From assembly GCA_964252035.1 (NCBI GenBank), contig OZ176217.1: 64,000 nucleotides of DNA. The stretch is one strand, 5' to 3'. The notes beneath the pieces were generated by a model. The model ran no database searches. It had not been told where the DNA came from and was given only the letters and a program-made list of their open reading frames with translations. Shown one piece after another: positions 11,790 through 21,239 of this stretch (position 1 is its first letter; each line of letters begins with the position of its first letter). This DNA comes from Podarcis erhardii (lineage: Eukaryota). The translations under genes were made by a program, and so were the position numbers.

Positions 11790-12520
11790 CCGCCTCTTTC
11801 CATATCAACCTCCCCAGAATTTGAGATCATCTTCTGAGGCCCTTCCTCGTGTGCCTCCTCCTTGGGAGGTCTGGAGGGTGGCAACACGAGAACAGGGTCT
11901 TCTCTGCAGTGGCTCCCCGTCTGTGGAATACTCTCCCCACGGATGTTCACCTGGTGCCTTCATTATACCACCTCCATCGTTCTGCCCAGACACTGAGGTC
12001 CAGCACCGAGGGCCTTCTGGTGGTTCCCTCACTGCGAGAAGCAAAGCTACAGGGAACAAGGCAGAGGGCCTTCTCGGTAGTGGTGCCCACCCTGTGGAAC
12101 GCCCTCCCATCAGATGTCAAAGAGATAAACAACTACCTGACATTTAGAAGACATCTAAAGGCAGCCCTGTTCAGGGAAGTTTTTAATGTGTGACATTTTA
12201 ATGTATTTTTAGTCTTCGTTGGAGGCTGCCTAGAGTGGCTGGAGAGGCCCGGCCAGATGGGCGGGGTACAAATGGTAGATGATGATTATTATTATTATTA
12301 TTCACCTTCAGGCACCAGGCAAAAATGTTCCTTTTTAACTAGGACTTTGGTTTATTTGATTGACCTCCTATGCCCTTTTAAAAGGTGGGGTTTTGAGGGG
12401 GTGGGGTGATTGAGTTGTATTTATGATGAGTATGTATTTTGTGGTTTTGTGTTTTGATCTTGTTCTGTGAGCTACCCTGAGACCCCTGGGTATAGGGCGG
12501 TATATAAATTAAATAAATAA
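11790..12520 (+). mobile_element. Nested L2 3' ends: a younger L2 (~11966-12301) inside an older L2
   Basis: Two AFS.VAP.LWN.LP motifs in succession; after the (ATT)n tail at 12284-12301 the older element resumes (CACCTTCAGG..) and ends in an AATAA tail. Confidence 0.75.
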
Positions 12521-12948
12521 AGAAATACTATGGTATTAAAATATTCCAGAAGAAAGATCAACATCAGAAATGGGCAGATCAGCTTCTCTCCAGTCCCTGT
12601 AAGTTTCATGTATGCATTCATAAGTCCGTTCCACCCACTTTTGACATTAATTACATTGCACAATTAAGCCTGTAAATGTCTATAGCCTCCTCTCAAGGAC
12701 ACTGCCTGCCTCTGTTCCCTGTGACCTTTTCCCTTCTCCAAAAACATACCTCGCAAGGGGTAAAGAGTAAGAAAGCCTGTTCAGGGGTGTTGAGATTGAG
12801 ACAGCTTCCAATAGGTGCTAGAATGCTGAAGCTATATAATCTCTAACCTGGAACATCTGAGCTAATAACTGCAGAGATTTGTACTTTGAATTCCCCAGTC
12901 CCAAAATTCAACAGCGTCTCTTAGATACTAAGAGCTGAAATGTTGGGA

Positions 12949-13198
12949 AGAAGAAGAAGAAGAGTTTGGATTTGATATCCCGCTTTATCACTACCCAAAG
13001 GAGTCTCAAAGCGGCTAACAATCTCCTTTCCCTTCCTCCCCCACAACAAACACCCTGTGAGGTGAGTGGGGCTGAGAGACTTCAGAGAAGTGTGACTAGC
13101 CCAAGGTCACCCAGCAGCTGCATGTGGGGGACCGGAGACGCGAACCTGGTTCCCCAGATTACGAGTCTACCGCTCTTAACCACTACGCCACACTGGCT
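12949..13198 (-). mobile_element. Squam3-type SINE
   Basis: Colinear with 1061-1304. Confidence 0.88.
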
Positions 13199-14121
13199 CT
13201 CACTGGCCACACTGGAAGAGGTCAAGCATCCAATTTCACCCCATTCCCCTTGCCTTACAGGTATGGAACATGCATTTCTGTTAGGAACAGTTTATTCTGC
13301 CTGTTTGTGAGTCACCAGAGAGAGGCAAAGAAAATATGTGTAGAGTCATCGTTACTCTTAGTTCTTAGCATCAGATTTGTCATCAGTCAATCAGCCCCTC
13401 AACATTTTTTCAAAAAAATAAGTTTTGTTTAGTCATGGATGAGGCTCAAAATGTTCAGTGATTCATTCTGAACAATTATCCCAAAGATCAAATGCATAAG
13501 ATGGCCTAAAAACCACAGTCTTCCCTGGCACATTTCAGAGCGTGTGGCATTAAGGAGCCATGCGTAAAGTATGTCGCACTTTAAGGTTTTTTTCTTTTTT
13601 AAAAAGTTGTGTCAACTTTAACCTTTCTAAACAATACAAAATCTGTTCTTTCTCATAACTTTGCTCTCTTGGTGAATCAGATAGGGATGCTTCTATGGTG
13701 TGAGTACGACCTTTGTTAGTGGTTCTTAAAAAGCCCAAATGTGTGGCTCTTACCCAATGCTTTTTTGGGGGGGGGTACTTGAGGATATGCAGTCCCGGAA
13801 CCATTTTTTCTAGAAGAAAAGCATTGCTTCTACCCACCAGAGGCCATGCATTCAATATTGTGGGCCTGACTTTGTGGAACTCCTTCCCGGCTGAGATTCA
13901 CGCCCCACTGACTGAACTTCAAGCAGCTGACACAGACTGCAAGCATTTTAAGCAAGCTGCGCTATGCCTATTTATTGAGCTCATTTATTTATTTTTAACC
14001 TTTGTTTTTAGCTTGTTTGAAACACCATTTTTTTATTGATTGTTTTATTGATAGCTGTGTAACCCACTTTGTGATACTCTACAGTGAACATCAGTCTATA
14101 AAAATTGGCAATAAATATATA

Positions 14122-14294
14122 CCATATTGGCCCGAATATTGGCTTTTGTACAATATCGCTGCTGAAACAGGCATACGGTAAAATGGAACAGGTGTGAGTG
14201 CCTGTGGAATTTTAAGGGAGCGGCTCATATTCGGGTATTCTCTCTCCCCCCCCAGTAAATTTTAAAGGTGCAGCTTATATTTGGGCCAATACAG
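14122..14294. mobile_element. TA-flanked MITE, same family as 9562-10036
   Basis: TA-CCATATTGGCCCGAATAT ... ATATTTGGGCCAATACAG-TA. Confidence 0.75.
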
Positions 14295-14779
14295 TACTTT
14301 AAAAAGGGGGGGTGACCCTCCATTGAGCTTTTTTCTTAAAAAAACAAACCTAAAATGAAGTTAACGCAAGTTTGGAGGGAAAAACAGATGAAAGGACTTA
14401 GAGGGAGACTGTAATGCTGTACACTTTCTGGCCAGACTGAGTTCTGTTTCTTTCCAGACAACAGCTAGAGATCAAGGCTTGCGCTCCTGGTTTTCAGCAG
14501 AACTGAGGGGTTTGTGCTTCTGCCATTGCTACTGCTACTGATCTTACAGAAGTGTTGCAAAATTGCAGCAGTCAGATATCTGGCACAAAGACAGACCAAC
14601 ATCCTTTGATTGAATATTTTTCAGAAAGAGAGAATTATATTTCTGCTCTATGCTGGGGTGATGCAGCAGCAACAAAAATAAAAAATGGGAGGGGGTTGGG
14701 GGGTAACCCATTGTTTTGGGGATTTCATTCCCCAAAATGAAAAAAAAAAAAGATTGTCCCCTGCTACGTCACATGCTCT

Positions 14780-15160
14780 TCTTTTCAGCACACAACACCA
14801 AGCCTTTCCCCTTTTCCATTTAACTTTGAGAGAGGAAACATCTTGGCAGAATATGTTCATACTGGATGCCGCAAGACATTCTTTATCATTCCTATGAAAA
14901 ATGCTTCTCCATGGCAGCCACAGATTGTTTGATTTGGCCGTCGACTTTACCCACATAAACCAGCCCACAGGGGAATTTCAACATGCGCGCAACACTGCTC
15001 ACAGTGAATATAATAAAAATCTGCAGCACAGAAGACTTTGCCAGATAGAGGATGATAAAGGAACATCTGTTTTGTTAGATGTTGCTGCATGGAGCACCTT
15101 GAAAGTGGAGTTTCAAATATACTCCAGCATTGATGAATGAGACAAAGAGGAAATGCTTTG
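14780..15160 (-). mobile_element. Ancient degenerate Penelope-like GIY-YIG fragment (CPCG-type subfamily)
   Basis: Across frameshifts on the minus strand: HPLSGKVF.., ..MLKFPCGLVYVGKVDGQIKQSV.., ..IFHRNDKECLAA..QDVSSLK. These resemble the PLE motifs HP.xGK.F, YMLKCPCGLxYVGKT.RQLKQR and IRRND..PVA.HF...HDVSSL. May extend to ~15600. Confidence 0.6.
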
Positions 15161-17613
15161 CGATGAAGATACGGGGAGAAATGCTAGGGACTTGGGTGGC
15201 TAAGAGGAATGGCACCATGCACCATTCATGTATGTACAGTTGAAATGTGAGCTAACATTTGTACATGTTCATGTGGGATGGGTGGGAGGGGAAGGGGAAG
15301 ACACATCCACCCCTTGATAAATCATGTGATGATGCGCCCAAGATGTTGGTTGTTTACTCTCAGTGGTTGAACAGACATTCTTTTAATCTTCTGATAATGA
15401 GATGGTGGTTTGCCACCAAGGCTGTTTCCAACCACAGAAGTGTTCCTGGAGGGTATTTGAGAACACAATTGGGCCGTCGCCCAGGGATACCCATGTGTTT
15501 TGGCAGGTCTCGCCATTTCTCTGTGATGACTTGGGAGGACGAGACATTAGAAGTGTGGCCAAAAAACAAGCACACAGAGACATGTGCTAGTGTTCACCAT
15601 GTAGCTGCAAAGTGAGATGCGTGCTTCTTTCAAATATTGATTTGTCAACCCATCTGCAAAGAAATTCCCCTGGTCTTACCAAAGCTTTCTTCTCCTCCTC
15701 TTCTTCTCTCAGTTACATTGCATATTTTCCCAAAGTGTGACAGTGAATGCTACATTAGGTTCAAAATTAAAGATACACAAGTGGATCTCCCTGATATCTT
15801 TTACTGGAAAACAGTTGGGGGTGGGGGCTTTGAACTGGGACTGTGGCAGAGGGATCTATCTGTGTTCTCCATCCTCCATGCTAATTCCCTGACCCAGTCC
15901 AATCCTGGCCTCTTTTAGCATGCAAAAGTGTGGCCTGGAGATCAAATCTCCTGACCTTCTGTATCTCATAGTCCTTGAATTCCATGTTGTATGAATAACG
16001 CCTTAATTTTGCCCTGAATTTACTGTTTCAGGGTGACCCTGAATTCCATGTGAGAAGAAGGGGGACGACGATGACCTTCTCACCATTAATAACATTATAG
16101 CTTTCATCAGACCCCAGCTGTCTTTTTGTTATAACTTGTTCAGTTCCATATGCCCCAAGTCTTTTATTTCAGAACAGCTTTTCTTCGTCTCAGTATCTCT
16201 TATTTTAATTTTTGAAACTCTATTGCCATTGTTCCAAACATTCCAGAGTGGACAGGTGAAATCAGGGCTCCTGTAGCTTTAATGCTGTGGAGCAGCCTCT
16301 GAAAATCCATATTCTACCCAGATGTTAAAGATGCAGGAGGCCTCTCCTGTTTTTCACCCAACTACCCTACTTATACGATATTGGGCTTGCTATGGTAGCA
16401 GCAGCAAGGAATTCTGCATTCCAGTTGCAAGAGCATGAATTATATCATGTTGAAGAGTCAAAAGCTACCTGATACCGGAGCCACAGGTCGGGCTGTTACA
16501 CTAAACTATTTCGAACAGATTGGCTTACTTGTTTTTAATGCTAATTAATTTATAGTTTAAGATTTTCAAGACTGGAGTACAATAATTGACAGCTCAAAAA
16601 AACAACAACACACAACCAAATGCTTTTGGCAGAAAATGAACTTGAAACCAAGAAATTGTGCAGACTGTTTACAATCATGTCATGAAGACTTAACATTGGC
16701 ACAAGGAGCAGTTTTAATTAAAATTTACTTACTAATTAGTGGCTTTGAGAAACAGCAGGTTGGAGCCAGAGGTTTGCTTCTGTATGCAAGAAGTGTCATC
16801 TGCTTACAGAAAGAGTTTTTTTTATATATATAAAAAATTGCACTACAAGAAAAGTGAAACTAAGTCCAGGGGTGTGCTTTTACTTGAACAAGAATTTATC
16901 TTGCCTCTGACTGAAGCATGAGAACTAACTTATTATAGCACTCCACAACTCCTGCTGTTGTCTCATCAACAAAGCAGCATCTTCTGTTTCCTGTACTTTA
17001 AGCTCTAGCTTATCCAACTCCCAATTAAGCCACTTAGTTCTGTGATCTTGAACTGGAGACACACATGAACCAACCTAGATTAGGGTCCATCCATCTAGAG
17101 GCCCAGCTTGGCTCTGAGCAGTGAAAGGTTTTATGGTTTCCACATGCTGCAGATGACTAGACTTTTGACCTCTCCCCAGTATGGCTGTAGGAAATGCAGT
17201 GCATCCAAAACCCAGAGCAAATATTTTGATGAATGTGCTTATTCAGTGCTTCCAATGCTATATTTTCAGGAACTATCAGCTGGTACCCAATGTACATAAA
17301 TCAGTAGGCCAGATTGTCACTGGAAGCTGGAATCCAATGAAAAATAATCACTGTACTGTAGCCATTCTCTTTTGACAATTTGTAGTCTTACTTCTACCTG
17401 ACAAATCAGAGGTAGATGAGCTATTTTCTCTTGACGGTCATAGTTGTTCAGTTGTTATATTAATACAGCAGGCACTCACGTGTAACAAAACATTTGCAGA
17501 CAGATTGTATACGTGCAGTAATGGGAAAATCCATGAATCTTTGTACCTTACTTGCTTCACTGTTGAGGTCTCAGCAATATCAGATCTCTTAATATCATAT
17601 TCCAGTGTTAATA

Positions 17614-17853
17614 CAGTGGTACCTCAGTTTTCGAACGTCTTGGAAGTCGAATGTTTTGGTTTCGGAATGCCGAAAACCTGAAAGTAACTGCTTTGGTTCT
17701 CAAATGGTTTTTGGAAGTGGAATGTGCCACGCAGCTTCCATTTTGAGTTTTTGATAAGTAAATGCTTCCAGAAATGCATGCTTCAATTTTGAACATTTCA
17801 GACATTGAACAGTCTTCCGGAATGGATTACGTTCGAAAACCAAGGTACCACTG
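17614..17853. mobile_element. Tigger-like MITE (related subfamily)
   Basis: TA-CAGTGGTACCTC ... AAGGTACCACTG-TA with internal TTCGAAC motifs. Confidence 0.85.
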
Positions 17854-18817
17854 TATCTAACTGAACATGCCACAAATTGAGCCATGGCTCTGCCTCATCA
17901 CTAGTCCAGTGTAAAGATGAGGTGCATTTACTTATGTAGCAATGGGGGCAGAAGAAAAACTCAAATCAAATGTTATCCAACAAAACAGTTACAGAAGGTG
18001 AACATTGCACGAATTGTGAACATTGCATTAATTGCAGATCACCAAGACCTCAAAACACTTTATGTATGTCACTGTGTGTGCATGAATAACTGAAGTATGT
18101 ACTTCATTTGTCATAGGTTGTGGCAACACAACATCAAATGGCTTTAGGAGTTCATAGCCTAAACAGAGGGCTTCTCATCACCTTCATGGTCCTTGCTCCG
18201 TAATGCAAAAAAGAAATAAAAATAAATTAAAAAATGCAGGTCATTTGTGGGACACTGCAGTGAAAGTAAAGTTTAGCACTCATGCTAAACTCAATTCCTA
18301 AGTGCGGCCAAAGTTCTGCAGCTATGCTGAATATTTGTCCTGAGATCATCATTATAGTAAACAGAGTATAAAAGCTGAACAGCCAAAGGGCATCATTCCT
18401 TTCCTATTCAATAGGCAATTAATCCTTGCCAGTGAATGTGTTCTATCTCTCATAACCATCACTGTTCACTACCCTGGAAATTTTATGTTTACTTCTCTTT
18501 TTTTAAGCATGACAATTATAAATCAGCTACTTCCAAGAGCTGGGGCAAATTAGAGGGAATTCACAGCTCCATGGCTGAAAGCAAAAAGGTCTTTGCGGCG
18601 TCACCTTATAAATCATTATTTCAGAGCTGGACTATGCAGACAGCAGGTCATGTGGCACCACTGTTTCTGTATTATACATCAGACAGTAGGGGGAGTCATG
18701 TCTTCAAAGCCCATCTCCCCCTCCTCATAGTTCCAGTTACAGATAGGTAGCCGTGTTGGTCTGCCATAGTCAAAACAAAACAAATTCCTTCCAGTAGCAC
18801 CTTAAAGACCAACTAAG

Positions 18818-18870
18818 TCAGTTCTTGGTATGAGCTTTCGTGTGCATGCACACTTCTTCAGATACACTGA
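18818..18870 (-). ncRNA. Minimal type I hammerhead ribozyme, mirror copy in the left arm
   Basis: Exact reverse complement of 21187-21239; predicted cleavage between 18832 and 18831. Confidence 0.88.
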
Positions 18871-19045
18871 AACAGAAGTTTCCAGACCCTTCTATATAGT
18901 GAGAAGGTGGGGAGGGGTATTACTCAGAAGGGTGGTGGGAATGGGTGATTGGCAGATAGCTGTGATGAGCCTGTTGACGACTCTTAACGACTGCAATAGG
19001 TCTTACAGGAAAAAGCAAGGGGTGAAAAGGTGAAAAATGGCTTTG

Positions 19046-20037
19046 TCATGTATAATGAGATAAGAATCCAAGGTCTTTGTTCAGACCAGGTTTTTCCATG
19101 GTTTTGAGTTTGGTGATAAGTTGTAATTCAGCAGCTTCTCTTTCCAGTCTATTTCTGAAATTCCTTTGTAGTAAAACAGCTACTTTGAGATCTTGTATAG
19201 AATGTCCTGGGAGATTGAAATGTTCTCCTACTGGTTTCTCTGTCTTGTGATTCCTGATGTCCGATTTATGTCCGTTTATTCTTTGGCGTAAGGTCTGGCC
19301 TGTTTGTCCAATATAGAGAACTGAAGGACACTGTTGGCATTTTATGGCATACACAATGTTAGACGATGAGCAATTAAATAGTCCCGAGATGGTATGTGTG
19401 ATGTTGTTGGGGCCAGTAATGGTGTTGTCCGGGTGTATGTGGCAGCAAAGTTGGCATCTGGGTTTATTGCAGGCTCTGGTGCCAGTGTCCGTGTTAGGTC
19501 TGGTTGTAGTATTATTGTGGGTTAGGAGTTGTTTAAGACTGGGTGGCTGTCTGTAGGCAATGAAAGGTCTTCCTCCCAGAGCTTGAGAAAGAGAACTGTC
19601 ATTGTCCAGGAGAGGTTGTAGATCTCTGATGATGCGTTGTACTGTTTTAACTTGGGAGCTGTATGTGATGACTAGAGGTGTTCTGTTATTTTCTTTTTTG
19701 GGTCTGTCTTGCAGCAAGTTCTCTCTGGGTATCAGTCTGGCTCTGTTGATCTGTTGTCTAACTTCATCTGTTGGGTATTTTAGTTCTAAAAAGGTTTGCT
19801 GTAGATCTCTTAGGTGAGAGTCTCTGTCTGTAGAATTGGAACAGATGCGGCTGTAACGTAGTGCCTGGCTATATACAATAGACTGTTTGGTATGTTTGGG
19901 ATGGTAGCTAGAGGCATGTAGATATGTTTGTCGGTCAGTTGGTTTACGGTATAAGGTGGTGTCTATGTGCCCATCCTGTATTTTTATAGTAGTGTCCAAA
20001 AAATGTATTTCTTGCATAGATTGATTCATTGTTAACA
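19046..20037 (-). CDS. Uninterrupted C-terminal part of the Penelope-like ORF: RT C-terminus/thumb, CNKPRCQLC linker, GIY-YIG endonuclease (5'-truncated, no native start)
   Basis: 334-aa ORF with IHFLDTTIKIQDGHIDTTLYRKPT and IVYAIKCQQCPSVLYIGQTGQTLRQRINGH...REAAELQLI...GLN, matching the PLE RT-end and GIY-YIG motifs. Confidence 0.9.
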
Positions 20038-20049
20038 AGAATGTTAACA

Positions 20050-21011
20050 ATGCAAGAAATACATTTTTTGGACACTACTATAAAAATACAGGATGGGCAC
20101 ATAGACACCACCTTATACCGTAAACCAACTGACCGACAAACATATCTACATGCCTCTAGCTACCATCCCAAACATACCAAACAGTCTATTGTATATAGCC
20201 AGGCACTACGTTACAGCCGCATCTGTTCCAATTCTACAGACAGAGACTCTCACCTAAGAGATCTACAGCAAACCTTTTTAGAACTAAAATACCCAACAGA
20301 TGAAGTTAGACAACAGATCAACAGAGCCAGACTGATACCCAGAGAGAACTTGCTGCAAGACAGACCCAAAAAAGAAAATAACAGAACACCTCTAGTCATC
20401 ACATACAGCTCCCAAGTTAAAACAGTACAACGCATCATCAGAGATCTACAACCTCTCCTGGACAATGACAGTTCTCTTTCTCAAGCTCTGGGAGGAAGAC
20501 CTTTCATTGCCTACAGACAGCCACCCAGTCTTAAACAACTCCTAACCCACAATAATACTACAACCAGACCTAACACGGACACTGGCACCAGAGCCTGCAA
20601 TAAACCCAGATGCCAACTTTGCTGCCACATACACCCGGACAACACCATTACTGGCCCCAACAACATCACACATACCATCTCGGGACTATTTAATTGCTCA
20701 TCGTCTAACATTGTGTATGCCATAAAATGCCAACAGTTCTCTATATTGGACAAACAGGCCAGACCTTATGCCAAAGAATAAACGGACATAAATCGGACAT
20801 CAGGAATCACAAGACAGAGAAACCAGTAGGAGAACATTTCAATCTCCCAGGACATTCTATACAAGATCTCAAAGTAGCTGTTTTACTACAAAGGAATTTC
20901 AGAAATAGACTGGAAAGAGAAGCTGCTGAATTACAACTTATCACCAAACTCAAAACCATGGAAAAACCTGGTCTGAACAAAGACCTTGGATTCTTATCTC
21001 ATTATACATGA
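20050..21011 (+). pseudogene. Frameshifted second copy of the Penelope-like ORF fragment
   Basis: Translation identical to the left arm until KCQQ, then a 10-bp deletion (CAGTGTCCTTCAGT -> CAGT, near 20733) shifts the frame. The GIY-YIG remainder is in ORF 20727-21011, with one R->C change from a CpG transition. Confidence 0.92.
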
Positions 21012-21186
21012 CAAAGCCATTTTTCACCTTTTCACCCCTTGCTTTTTCCTGTAAGACCTATTGCAGTCGTTAAGAGTCGTCAACAGGCTCATCACAACTA
21101 TCTGCCAATCACCCATTCCCACCACCCTTCTGAGTAATACCCCTCCCCACCTTCTCACTATATAGAAGGGTCTGGAAACTTCTGTT

Positions 21187-21239
21187 TCAGTGTATCTGAA
21201 GAAGTGTGCATGCACACGAAAGCTCATACCAAGAACTGA
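21187..21239 (+). ncRNA. Minimal type I hammerhead ribozyme in the 3' pLTR of the Penelope-like element
   Basis: TCAGT-GTAT-CTGAAGA-A-GTGTGCATGCACAC-GAAA-GCTC-ATAC-CAAGA-ACTGA. Stem I GUAU/AUAC, core CUGANGA (21196-21202), palindromic stem II, GAAA (21218-21221), palindromic AGCU stem III, predicted CUC cleavage after 21225. Confidence 0.88.

Noticed and set aside
15274-15298. G-quadruplex consensus (also 39728-39750)
   Set aside because: Common in vertebrate DNA; nothing here indicates function.
18830-21227. Paired short ORFs (18830-19033, 19344-19556, 19602-19817 and mirrors 20250-20465, 20511-20753, 21024-21227)
   Set aside because: Antisense shadow frames of the Penelope arms, duplicated only because of the palindrome.
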